NCBI GenBank assembly: GCA_035548735.1
Contig: DASZSK010000263.1
Location: forward strand, 8,711-72,710
Direction of reading: 5' to 3'
Origin: Caulobacterales bacterium
GTDB taxonomy: Bacteria; Pseudomonadota; Alphaproteobacteria; Caulobacterales; Aquidulcibacteraceae
DNA length: 64,000 nt
In this document: positions 9,123-17,921 of the stretch, one piece after another
How positions within the stretch are numbered: position 1 is the stretch's first letter
Layout: each line of letters starts with the position of its first letter
Made by a program: the position numbers and the translations under genes
Notes under the pieces: model-generated
What the model was told of the DNA's origin: nothing
Seen by the model: the letters and a program-made list of their open reading frames with translations, nothing else
Database searches by the model: none

Positions 9123-9971
9123 TCAGCTGAAATACAGATTGAGCGCGTTGTCGGAGATTTGTCGGCGCATGCGGGCGTCGGGTACGGCGTGATAGAAGCT
9201 GTCCAGCGTGTCCTGATAGCGCACGGCGCTTTCGTGGCCGACGAAGGGACAATCGCTGCCCCAGAGCAGGCGCTTGTGATCGGCGCGGTCGAGCAGGAAG
9301 CGATCGAACTCCGCTTCAGTTTCGCGGGCTCTCGCGTAGTCGGCCAGCGTGCGCTGCGCGGCGCGTGGGGAGAAGCGGAATCCGGCGGAGATTTTCATCC
9401 ACGTGTCGCCTGATTCCATGGCTTTGAGTGCAGCGGCGACTTTCGCGCAGTTTGGACCTTCGCCATACGCTGGGTTGGAGAAGTGATCGATGACCAGTTT
9501 GACGCCGGCGCTCCGCAGGACGGCGAGCGCGTCGGCGAACACGTCGTCCTGCGCAAGAAAATGGATGTGCCAATCGAGATCGCGCACGCGACGGAAGAGG
9601 CGTTGATAATCCTCGCCGCGGATGTCGGCGACTTCGCCTGACAGCTGCGAAGAGAGGAAGAGGCGCATGCCGACAACGCCAGCCTCTTTCATCGCCTGCA
9701 ATTCGCCCCGGTCGATCGTCGGTGAAATATTCACGGTGCCGCGCAGCCTTGGATACTGCTTCAGCTTGGCGATCATATAGTCGTTGTAATAGCCGTAGAG
9801 ACTGATGCCGGCGATGACGGCGAAATGCACGCCATGCGCATCGAGCGTCGCCAGGAGGTCCTCCGCCGTGAAGCTGTAGGCGGGCTTGTTCCAGGCATGC
9901 GCGACGAGCGGCATGTCCTGCGTGAAGATATGCACGTGCGAATCGACAATCGGCGGCTCAGCGACAGTCAT
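9123..9971 (-). CDS. Amidohydrolase-2 family (LigI-like lactone hydrolase / decarboxylase fold)
   Basis: 282 aa. N-terminal IVDSHVHIF metal motif, plus DHFSNP and WGSDCPF motifs typical of PF04909-type enzymes. Confidence 0.75.
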   Translation of the reverse strand: MTVAEPPIVDSHVHIFTQDMPLVAHAWNKPAYSFTAEDLLATLDAHGVHFAVIAGISLYGYYNDYMIAKLKQYPRLRGTVNISPTIDRGELQAMKEAGVVGMRLFLSSQLSGEVADIRGEDYQRLFRRVRDLDWHIHFLAQDDVFADALAVLRSAGVKLVIDHFSNPAYGEGPNCAKVAAALKAMESGDTWMKISAGFRFSPRAAQRTLADYARARETEAEFDRFLLDRADHKRLLWGSDCPFVGHESAVRYQDTLDSFYHAVPDARMRRQISDNALNLYFS

Positions 9972-10096
9972 GAACCTTCCCGTGCTCGGAACGCCCGGCC
10001 GCCAATGGTAGGGCCAGCGTCGCGCGCCGAAAAGCGATGCGACGCGGGCGTCCGCATCATTTCAGGTTTGCTCGGGCGCGCATCGCGAGGAAGCCT

Positions 10097-11041
10097 TTAT
10101 TCCGCGGCCTGTTTGGCGGCCTCGGCGACATCGAGGCCGATCAGCTCGGCGGCGTTTTGCGAGATCATCCGGCGGATTTGCGCATCCGAATAGCCGAGAT
10201 CGATGCACGTGCCGACGATCGATTTGAAGCCATCCACGGGCTTGTCGTTGCCGGCCTGGCCGAGGTCCGAGGCGAGGATGGTGCGTTCCACCGTGCCCGC
10301 TTTGATGAGCTTGTCGAGTTCTTCCGGCGGATACATTGAATCCTTGCCGCGCTTGATCTCGATGAACATGCAGAAGGAGTGCTCGATATAAGCGCCCATA
10401 TTGACGAGGCTGCGGATGTCGTCGTGCGAGGCGCCGATCAGGAAGGTCGGGTGATTGACGAGCAGGCGCTTCACGCCGCGCTTCTTGGCTTCCTCGAACA
10501 GCGGGAAGATTTCGGTGATGTGGAGGTGCCCGCCGGAGAGCACCACGTCATGCTTGGCGATGTGGTCCAGGATCGGTTTCACCTCATCGATGAGCTTGCC
10601 GTCGGCGTCGAGCACGGTGAGCGGCTTCGGCTCCAGCAATTCCATGCTGGTGTGCGGAAAGCCGCGATGCTTGGCGTTGGCGTCGATATGGTTCTTCGCG
10701 GTGAAGGTCGGCATCCAGACGAGACGCGCGCCCAGCGCAATGCCGTGATCGACCGCGTAAAGGTTGAAACCGCCGAGCGCGTTGTTGAGCGGCACGCCCG
10801 ACAACAATGTCACGCCGAGATGTCCGAATTGCTTATTCAGCAATTCCGTGATCGGCGTGGCCGAGTAGTAATGATCCTTGATCAACATCGCGCGGAAGCC
10901 GGCGCCCGCGGCGTCGTGCACCGCTTCGATGTGATCGAGCGAGCGCGGCATCACTGACGGGCCGCTATGGCAGTGCAGGTCGATCGCGCCGACAAGAAGA
11001 GATCTGATGCGCTCTTCGCGCGATTTGGCTGCCTCCGTCAT
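10097..11041 (-). CDS. TIM-barrel metal-dependent hydrolase-like protein of unknown function (possibly DUF6282 type)
   Basis: 314 aa. Contains AIDLHCHSGPSV...KDHYY...VNHP...ASDLGQ, a metal-ligand-like pattern. The family name is recalled from memory only. Confidence 0.55.
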   Translation of the reverse strand: MTEAAKSREERIRSLLVGAIDLHCHSGPSVMPRSLDHIEAVHDAAGAGFRAMLIKDHYYSATPITELLNKQFGHLGVTLLSGVPLNNALGGFNLYAVDHGIALGARLVWMPTFTAKNHIDANAKHRGFPHTSMELLEPKPLTVLDADGKLIDEVKPILDHIAKHDVVLSGGHLHITEIFPLFEEAKKRGVKRLLVNHPTFLIGASHDDIRSLVNMGAYIEHSFCMFIEIKRGKDSMYPPEELDKLIKAGTVERTILASDLGQAGNDKPVDGFKSIVGTCIDLGYSDAQIRRMISQNAAELIGLDVAEAAKQAAE

Positions 11042-11066
11042 GGCTGGTCCTCGCTGGCTTGGTCGT

Positions 11067-11083
11067 GTATCGACCAGCGATAC
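11067..11083. promoter_or_regulatory. Inverted repeat GTATCG-ACCAG-CGATAC in a divergent promoter. Candidate operator, with the same arms as the site at 47085..47101.
   Basis: Perfect 6-bp arms with a 5-nt spacer. An extra GTATC half-site sits at 11087..11091. Located between the divergent starts 11041 (-) and 11137 (+). Confidence 0.5.
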
Positions 11084-11136
11084 TGCGTATCAAAAATGGA
11101 ATCAATGCCGCTAGCCGGCCCGTGAAGGAGCGATCG

Positions 11137-11523
11137 ATGGCCAACGAGAAGTATGAGCGCGGACTGGCGCTGCGCAAAAAAGTTCTGGGCGCTGCATATG
11201 TGGAGCGCTCGCTTGCGAGCGCCGACGATTTCAGCCGGCCGATGCAGGAGCTTTCGACGGAATATTGCTGGGGCCATGTGTGGACGCGCGAAGGGCTCAC
11301 TCTGAAAGAGCGGAGCCTCTTGAATATCGGCATGATCAGCGCGCTCAATCGCCCGCACGAACTGAAGCTGCATATCAAGGCCGCGCTCACCAATGGACTG
11401 ACGCGCGAGCAGATCCGCGAAGCGCTGCTGCAAGTGGCGGTCTATTGCGGCGTGCCGGCTGGTTTGGACTCCACGCGCATCGCGCGTGAAGCGTTCGCCG
11501 AACTCGATCAAGAAAAGAAGTAG
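11137..11523 (+). CDS. 4-carboxymuconolactone decarboxylase-like (PcaC-type CMD family)
   Basis: Start moved to the ATG at 11137, behind RBS GAAGGAG. Sequence MANEKYERGLALRKKVLG...CWGHVWTREGLTLKERSLLNIGMISALNRPHELKLHIKAALTNGLTREQIREALLQVAVYCGVPAG matches the PcaC pattern. Confidence 0.8.
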   Translation: MANEKYERGLALRKKVLGAAYVERSLASADDFSRPMQELSTEYCWGHVWTREGLTLKERSLLNIGMISALNRPHELKLHIKAALTNGLTREQIREALLQVAVYCGVPAGLDSTRIAREAFAELDQEKK

Positions 11524-11527
11524 CCGC

Positions 11528-12610
11528 TCACGGGTGCAGCGGTTCGGACGGCACGTCGGCTATGGCGATGCGATCGCCGCGGAACGTGCCGATCCAGAAC
11601 TTGTCGCCGACCTGCAGCGCCGTCGTGGCGCCGGCGAAATCCGGCGTGCCCTTCTCCCAATAGAGGTAGCTCACGTTCATCGTCGCCGGGTCGAGGCGCG
11701 CGACGGCCCAATCGAGCGGGCAGCGCGTGTGCTTGCAGGCGACCAGCATGTCGATGTCGGTGGCTTGACCGGCGACGATGATCGAGCCGTCCGGCGCCCA
11801 GTTCACATTATCCGGCATGAAGTCGACGGAGACGCTCGACGTCTCGCCGTTTCCATCCAGGGGGATGCGCGTCACTTTGCGGTCAATCCAGGACGTCACG
11901 TAGAGCGAGCGCCCATCCGGCGAAACGATGACGCCGTTATCCCCGACGAATGCGCTATTCGGTACTTCGCTCAAGCCCTGGCGCGGCGACCAGCGATAAA
12001 CGAGACCGGTGCGCTGTCGACCCACGAATTGCGGACGTTGCGGCGAATGCGTGTCGTAGAATTTGGTCACGACGAAGCCGCCGTCGGCAAGCGGCGCCAC
12101 GGAATTGCCAGAAGCCCCGTCGGGCAGCACGACACAACCGATCCAGCGCGCGTGAATATTGGCGGCGTGCGCGTCAATGGCGAAGATTTCCACGGATTCG
12201 CGGCCGCCGTGATTGATCACGTAAAGCGTGTGCCGTCCGCGCGCGCCCTCGCGCAAAGCGATGCCGTGTGATGAGAAGTGCGTGAGATTCGGCGGCGAAG
12301 GGCACGCGGCGTACACGCGATCCGGGTGCGTCGGCACGGAAATGTCGAGCGGCGTGATGACGTGCGTTTGCGCGTCGATCAGGTTCAGACTGTTGGCGCC
12401 TGAATCATAGCTCGAAGCGATGATCGTGGATGTGCCCGGAATGAGCACCATGTCTTCGACGTTGCGGGCGCCGCACAGATACGTGATGGCGTCATGGCCC
12501 TGGCACGCCTGAGGCGCTTGCGACTGCGCCTTCGCGCTCATGCCGGGAGAGAAGAGGGCGCAGAGCCCGAGAACCAGGGCGCAAACATGCGCCAGGCGAA
12601 CGCCCATCAT
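11528..12610 (-). CDS. Secreted beta-propeller protein, SMP-30/gluconolactonase/paraoxonase-like
   Basis: 360 aa. N-terminal signal peptide (ALVLGLCALFSPGMSAKA). Repeated propeller-like segments such as VSPDGRSLYVTS. The family call is moderate. Confidence 0.6.
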   Translation of the reverse strand: MMGVRLAHVCALVLGLCALFSPGMSAKAQSQAPQACQGHDAITYLCGARNVEDMVLIPGTSTIIASSYDSGANSLNLIDAQTHVITPLDISVPTHPDRVYAACPSPPNLTHFSSHGIALREGARGRHTLYVINHGGRESVEIFAIDAHAANIHARWIGCVVLPDGASGNSVAPLADGGFVVTKFYDTHSPQRPQFVGRQRTGLVYRWSPRQGLSEVPNSAFVGDNGVIVSPDGRSLYVTSWIDRKVTRIPLDGNGETSSVSVDFMPDNVNWAPDGSIIVAGQATDIDMLVACKHTRCPLDWAVARLDPATMNVSYLYWEKGTPDFAGATTALQVGDKFWIGTFRGDRIAIADVPSEPLHP

Positions 12611-12640
12611 CGCTTCCTCCGCTCTGCTATTCCAGAGAGA

Positions 12641-13663
12641 TCAGGCGCTGGCGCGCTGCATGATCTCGAAACCGAGATTGAGATGCTTCACCGCGATTTC
12701 GGCGCCTTGCATGCGCGCCGTGAGCATTTCGGCGCTGCGCCGGCCGATATCGTAGCGGGGCAGCTTGAGGCACGTCATCGCCGGCGCGACATAACGCATG
12801 ATCTCGACATCATCGAAGCTGGCGATGGCGAGCCGTTTCGGTACGGACCAATTGCGCCGGTTGCATTCGAGCAGGGCGCCGATGGCGAGCACGTCGCCGG
12901 CGCAGAACAGCGCGTCCGTGTCGGGCAAACGCTGCGCAAGATAGCTGACCGCTTCGGCGCCGCCGCCGATGCCGCGTGAGACCTCAATCAGACGCTCGGA
13001 GCTGAACGGCGCGCCGAGTTCGGCGAGCGCATCAGCGAAACCCTTTTGGCGTTCGCGCGCACGCGGGTTGTTGGCGAGACTGGCGAGCGCGATCGAGCGA
13101 TAGCCAAGCCGCACCAGATGCTGCGTCATCGCCTTGGCGGCCTCGTAGTTCGAATAGCTCGCCACCATGTCGATCGGGTTGTCCGGAAGGTCACCGGTTT
13201 CCACAACGGGAATGCCGGTGGATTTGAGCATGCGCAGCGTCGCTGGCGTATGGCGCGTCGAATGCAGGATGAGGCCGCCTACGCGCTGCGCGAGGAACGC
13301 GCTGATCACGCGCTCTTCATCTTCCGGATCGTCGGCCGCTTCCGCCAGCATGAGCTGGAAGCCGCGCGGCCGGAAATGGTCCGAAATGCCCTTCACCGTC
13401 TGCGCGAAGATCGAGTTCTCGAGGCTCGGCAGCACCAGGCCGACGACGTTGGAGCGCTGCGAGGAAAGATTGCGCGCCAGATGGTTGTGCACATAGCCCA
13501 ACTCGCGCACGGCCTCGAGCACGCGCTGGCGCAGCTCTTCCTTCACCTTGCCGGGCTCGTTGAGCGCGCGCGACACGGTCATGCGCGATACGCCGGCCAG
13601 CTCCGCGACTTCGCGCATGCGTGCCGCGCCATTCTTGCGTTTGGCTGATTGCCTCACCGGCAC
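12641..13663 (-). CDS. LacI-family transcriptional repressor, GntR (gluconate repressor) subtype
   Basis: HTH REVAELAGVSRMTVSRALN. Strong collinear resemblance to E. coli GntR as I recall it (LGY..N..A..LS, VGLVLPSL.N.IFA, GLILHSTRHTPATLRML, GIPVVE, LNLGFEI). GTG start at 13663 behind GAGGGG. Alternative ATG at 13618. Confidence 0.85.
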   Translation of the reverse strand: MPVRQSAKRKNGAARMREVAELAGVSRMTVSRALNEPGKVKEELRQRVLEAVRELGYVHNHLARNLSSQRSNVVGLVLPSLENSIFAQTVKGISDHFRPRGFQLMLAEAADDPEDEERVISAFLAQRVGGLILHSTRHTPATLRMLKSTGIPVVETGDLPDNPIDMVASYSNYEAAKAMTQHLVRLGYRSIALASLANNPRARERQKGFADALAELGAPFSSERLIEVSRGIGGGAEAVSYLAQRLPDTDALFCAGDVLAIGALLECNRRNWSVPKRLAIASFDDVEIMRYVAPAMTCLKLPRYDIGRRSAEMLTARMQGAEIAVKHLNLGFEIMQRASA

Positions 13664-13925
13664 GGACGCCCCTCACGACGAGCATAAGCGTTGCGATCGA
13701 GCGGCTTCGCGACCGCGCGCGCGCCATTGTTAACGGCCGACATCATGCCGGCGTTGAAAGAGGTTCGTTGCGCATGATGCGCGCGCCCCGCAGCCTGTGA
13801 CCGGTATCGCATCCTCACAAAAACTTAGCTGCTTTCAGATGTCTTGGCCAGGAGCGGGGCCATGCTCTCAGCGCAAATTGCCTATTCAGCGGGGCGGGGT
13901 TGTTGGGGTTTGGACCCCCGTATAC

Positions 13926-13937
13926 GTTACCGGTAAC
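13926..13937. promoter_or_regulatory. Perfect palindrome GTTACCGGTAAC. Candidate operator of the adjacent LacI/GntR-type repressor.
   Basis: Perfect 12-bp palindrome 33 nt upstream of the PrpD-family start codon. It matches the enterobacterial GntR operator core ATGTTA-N4-TAACAT (recalled knowledge). Confidence 0.6.
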
Positions 13938-13969
13938 TAGAATGCGTGGCCGAAAGGTCGAGGGGTGGG

Positions 13970-15355
13970 ATGACGAGCGTCTCTGCGGCCGTATCGGAGT
14001 GGGTGGCGCGCCTCACTTTCGAGGAATTACCCGGCGACGTTGTCGCGGCCAGCAAATTTCGCATTCTGGATGTTCTGGGACTTTCGATCGCCGGCGGCGA
14101 AACGGCGTTCGGCAGATCGGTGCGAACCACAGCGCAGCAGCTTTATTCCGGCGGAGAAGGCCGCGTCTGGGGCTCCGCCGACCGCGCCAGCGTCATCGGC
14201 GCCGCGTTCGCGAACGGCGCGCTCTCGCAGGCGCTCGAATACGACGACACTCATAACGAATCGATCGTGCATATGAGCAGCCCGTCAGTCGCGGCGGCGC
14301 TTGCGCTGGCGGACGCGGTGCGGCCCAGCGGGCGCGACGTGATCAAGGCGGTGGCGCTCGGCAATGAGATTTCGAGCCGTATCGGCAGCATCACGCCAGG
14401 CCAATTTCACAAGCGTGGCTTCCATCCCTCCGGGCTGTTCGCGCCGTTTGGCGTGTGTTGGCTGGCGGCCTCGCTCTACCGGCTCAACGCCGAGCAGATG
14501 GTGCGCGCGGCCGGGATTGTCGGCAGCTTCGCCGCGGGGCTGCTGCAGTGCTGGGTCGACGGCACGCAGTCCAAGTTTCTGCATCCGGGCTGGGCGGCCC
14601 AAAGCGGCATCGTCGCGGCCAATCTCGCGCGCGCGGGCGCGACCGGACCGAGCGAGGTCGTCGAAGGCCGCTTCGGACTGTTCGCGTCGCATCTGCAAAG
14701 CGCGGACGCCGCGCCCAATTATGCGCGGCTGAGCGATGGCCTGGGCAAGACGTGGGAGAGCCGCAACGCCTCGTTCAAGCCGTTTCCGGTGGCGCACGTC
14801 ATTCACCCCTATATTGATGCGCTGCTTCGCTTGCGCGCCGAACACGGGCTGAAGGCTGCCGACGTCAAGCGCATCGTCTGCCCGGTTGCGCAATATATCG
14901 TCGGCATCGTCTGCGAGCCGGTGTCGGAGAAGCGGCGGCCGCTGACGGATTCTCATGGACGCGTCAGCTTGCAATACACGCTCGCCGAGGCGCTGGTGCG
15001 CGGACGTATTGGCAAGGACGCCTATTCCAAGGCAGCGCTGCGCGATCCGGAAATCCTGAGCGTTGCTGACCGTGTCGAGTTCGTGGTCGACCCCAATTTC
15101 CCCGGACCGCAGCAATTTAAGGGCGTCGTAAGCATCGAGACCGCCGACGGCCGCCGCTTGGAGGCCATCGAAGAGCACAATCGCGGATCGAGCGCGAACC
15201 CGATGTCGGCCGAGGACCTCATCGCCAAATTTCGCGAAAACGTCGCCGGCGTGCTGCCCGACAAGCAGGCCGAGCGCGTGGTGGACGCCGTGCTTTCGCT
15301 CGATGAAGCGCCCGATGCGTCCGCGATCGCCCAACTCACGGCGCCTGCGCCATGA
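13970..15355 (+). CDS. MmgE/PrpD family protein (2-methylcitrate dehydratase superfamily)
   Basis: Start moved to the ATG at 13970, behind GAGGGGTGGG. 461 aa with typical PrpD N-terminal pattern (VARLTFEELP...ILDVLG) and DDTH motif (YDDTHNES). Confidence 0.85.
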   Translation: MTSVSAAVSEWVARLTFEELPGDVVAASKFRILDVLGLSIAGGETAFGRSVRTTAQQLYSGGEGRVWGSADRASVIGAAFANGALSQALEYDDTHNESIVHMSSPSVAAALALADAVRPSGRDVIKAVALGNEISSRIGSITPGQFHKRGFHPSGLFAPFGVCWLAASLYRLNAEQMVRAAGIVGSFAAGLLQCWVDGTQSKFLHPGWAAQSGIVAANLARAGATGPSEVVEGRFGLFASHLQSADAAPNYARLSDGLGKTWESRNASFKPFPVAHVIHPYIDALLRLRAEHGLKAADVKRIVCPVAQYIVGIVCEPVSEKRRPLTDSHGRVSLQYTLAEALVRGRIGKDAYSKAALRDPEILSVADRVEFVVDPNFPGPQQFKGVVSIETADGRRLEAIEEHNRGSSANPMSAEDLIAKFRENVAGVLPDKQAERVVDAVLSLDEAPDASAIAQLTAPAP

Positions 15356-16152
15356 GCCCGCAGATTTCTCTCGATGGCCGGCGGGCCCTGGTCACCGGCG
15401 CGGCCGGCGGCCTCGGCGCGGCGTTCGCGCGCAAGCTGGCGAGCGCCGGCGCGAATATCGTGATGAGCGGGCTCGAATCGGCGAGCGAGCTTGAGGCGGT
15501 ACGCCGCGACATCGCAAAAAGCAGCGATGTGCGCGTGGATTATGTGCGCGCTGATCTCTCGTCGCTGGAAGACATTGAAAAGCTGACCAAGCGCGTCGCC
15601 GACAAGATCGGCCGCGTGGACATCCTGGTGAACAATGCTGTGGTTCGTCATTTCGCGCCGATCGACAAATTCCCGGTCGACCGCTGGACGGCGGCGTTGG
15701 CGGTCAATGTCTCGGCGCCGTTCCACCTGACGCGATTGCTGTTGCCCGGAATGCGGGCAAGCGGCTACGGGCGGATTTTCAACATCACCTCCGTTTATGG
15801 CTCGCGCGGCACCGCGAACCGCGTCGACTATGTCACCTCGAAATCGGCCATCGAAGGACTGACGCGGGCGACGGCGATGGAATCGCCCGAGGGAGACGTG
15901 ACGTGTCATGCGCTTTGCCCGGGATCGGTGCTGACGCCGTCGCTGGAGCAGCGTATTCGCAAGCTCGGGGAAGACGAAAATCTTGACTGGGAACGCGCGC
16001 AGGCGGCCTTCTTGCAGGGCAAGCAGCCCAGCGGCCGCTTTGTCGAAGCCAGCAGCGTCGCCGAGGTTCTGCTGATGCTGTGCGGTCCGGTAGGACGGGA
16101 TATGAATGGCGCCATTATCCCGATCGAAGGCGGCTGGCTCGCCCGAGCCTAA
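15352..16152 (+). CDS. SDR family oxidoreductase, 3-hydroxybutyrate dehydrogenase-like
   Basis: TGAAGGLG cofactor motif, NNAV, catalytic YVTSK. C-terminal KQPSGRFV...IEGGW resembles BdhA-type enzymes. Start overlaps the upstream stop (ATGA). Confidence 0.8.
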   Translation: MSPQISLDGRRALVTGAAGGLGAAFARKLASAGANIVMSGLESASELEAVRRDIAKSSDVRVDYVRADLSSLEDIEKLTKRVADKIGRVDILVNNAVVRHFAPIDKFPVDRWTAALAVNVSAPFHLTRLLLPGMRASGYGRIFNITSVYGSRGTANRVDYVTSKSAIEGLTRATAMESPEGDVTCHALCPGSVLTPSLEQRIRKLGEDENLDWERAQAAFLQGKQPSGRFVEASSVAEVLLMLCGPVGRDMNGAIIPIEGGWLARA

Positions 16153-16204
16153 AGCCTGAGCCTGAAACCTGAAGACGAAAGCCAAGCGGCGCGCGGAGCA
16201 TGGA

Positions 16205-17107
16205 ATGGCGAACGATACGGTGTTGGGCTTTGTCGGCCTTGGCAGCATGGGCAGCGCGATGGCGCCGAGACTGCTGGAGGGTGGGCGCCGTGTCGTCGCC
16301 TACGATGTCTCCAAGGATGCGCTCGCGGCGTTTCGCGCCGCGGGCGGCGAGGCGGCCGCGTCGCTCGAAGACGTGGGCAAGCAGGCCGACATTGTCTTTT
16401 TGAGCTTGCCGACGCCGCAAGTGGTGAAGGATGTCGCGCTGGGCGGCGCCTTCGCCAGGGCGAAGACGCGCATGGTCGTCGATCTGTCGACGACCGGGCC
16501 GCGTATGTCGGCGGAGGTCGGCAAGGGGCTCAGCGAGGCTGGCGTCGCCTTTGTCGATTCACCAGTGAGCGGCGGGCGCGCCGGCGCCCTCAATGGCAAG
16601 CTCGCCGTGATGGCCGCGTGCGCCGAGGCGCTGCGCACCGAGATCGAGCCGCTGCTCGGCGCCTTCGGCAAAGTGTTCTTTGTCGGCGACACGCCCGGCC
16701 AGGCGCAGACGATGAAGTTGATCAACAATCTCATGTCCGTGGTTGCGCTGGCCACCACGTCCGAAGGCATGGCGCTCGGCGTCAAGGCCGGCCTCGACGC
16801 GCAGACCATGATCGACGTGCTCAACGTGTCGAGCGGCGTCAACAGCGCCACCAAGGACAAGTTCCCGCGCGCCGTCTTGCCGCGGACTTTCAATTTTGGC
16901 TTTGCGACGGGCCTGTCGATGAAGGACGTGCGTCTGTGCCTGGAAGAGGCCGATCGTCAGGGCGTGCCAATGCCGGTCGGATCGGCGGCGCGGACGCTGA
17001 TGGAGATCACGCAGGCGCGCTTTGGCGCGCAGGCTGATTTCACTCATATCGCGCGCGTGCTGGAGGAATGGGCTGGCGTCGAAATCAAAGGGCGGCCGGC
17101 GAGCTGA
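16205..17107 (+). CDS. NAD(P)-dependent 3-hydroxyisobutyrate / tartronate-semialdehyde reductase family dehydrogenase
   Basis: N-terminal GFVGLGSMGSAMA Rossmann motif. 300 aa, the typical length and pattern of the HIBADH family. Confidence 0.8.
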   Translation: MANDTVLGFVGLGSMGSAMAPRLLEGGRRVVAYDVSKDALAAFRAAGGEAAASLEDVGKQADIVFLSLPTPQVVKDVALGGAFARAKTRMVVDLSTTGPRMSAEVGKGLSEAGVAFVDSPVSGGRAGALNGKLAVMAACAEALRTEIEPLLGAFGKVFFVGDTPGQAQTMKLINNLMSVVALATTSEGMALGVKAGLDAQTMIDVLNVSSGVNSATKDKFPRAVLPRTFNFGFATGLSMKDVRLCLEEADRQGVPMPVGSAARTLMEITQARFGAQADFTHIARVLEEWAGVEIKGRPAS

Positions 17108-17126
17108 TCAAGAACTGAGGAAGCGC

Positions 17127-17912
17127 ATGTTTGAGATCTACGCGGTCCGCTACGGCCACCTCGATCGCGGCGCGGCGGAGAATTTCATTGGCGGCGACGA
17201 GCATGATTTGCCCATGCCGCTCGATTATTTCGTGTGGGCGATCGTCGGGCCGAACAAGACCTACGTGCTGGACACGGGCTTCGACGCCGCCATGGGCAAG
17301 AAGCGCCAGCGCATGCTGGTGCGCCCGGTGGACGAAGGTCTGCGCGCCATCGGCATCGAGCCGTCGGATGTGAGCGACGTCATCATCTCGCACATGCATT
17401 TCGATCACGCCGGCAATCGCGAGATGTTCCCTAAGGCGCGCTATCATATCCAAGACAGGGAGATGGCGTACTGCACGGGGCGCTGCATGTGCCACTCCTT
17501 CCTGCGTCACTCGTTCGAGGCGGACGATGTGAAGGCGATGGTGGGCCGCGTGTTTGACGGGCGCGTCGAATTCCATGACGGCGACAGCGAGATCGAACCG
17601 GGGTTGACGGTGCATCGCTTGGGCGGACACACGCAGGGTCTGCAATGCGTGCGCGTGCAGACCAAGCGCGGCTTTGTGGTGCTGGCGTCAGATGCTTCGC
17701 ATTTCTACGCCAATTTCGAGCAAAACCGGCCATTTCCGGCGGTGGAAGATGTCGGCGCCATGCTCGAGGGCTATGCGCGCATGCGAAAGCTCGCCACATC
17801 GAGCGCGCACATTGTGCCTGGCCACGATCCGCTCGTGCTTACGCGCTATCCCGCCGCGCGCGCGGGACTCGATGCAATCGTGCGCCTCGATCTGGAGCCG
17901 CGCGCCGGCTAA
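17127..17912 (+). CDS. MBL-fold metallo-hydrolase, N-acyl-homoserine-lactonase-like
   Basis: Start moved to the ATG at 17127 (MFEIYAVRYG...). HxHxDH motif SHMHFDHAGN, and a later GHD motif (VPGHDP). Confidence 0.8.
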   Translation: MFEIYAVRYGHLDRGAAENFIGGDEHDLPMPLDYFVWAIVGPNKTYVLDTGFDAAMGKKRQRMLVRPVDEGLRAIGIEPSDVSDVIISHMHFDHAGNREMFPKARYHIQDREMAYCTGRCMCHSFLRHSFEADDVKAMVGRVFDGRVEFHDGDSEIEPGLTVHRLGGHTQGLQCVRVQTKRGFVVLASDASHFYANFEQNRPFPAVEDVGAMLEGYARMRKLATSSAHIVPGHDPLVLTRYPAARAGLDAIVRLDLEPRAG

Positions 17913-17921
17913 GGCCGCGCG

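Noticed and set aside
9990-10060. Hairpin GCGTCGC-N15-GCGACGC downstream of the 10097..11041 gene
   Set aside because: No T-tract follows on the transcribed (minus) strand, and the next gene (9971) is co-directional. It is not convincing as a terminator.
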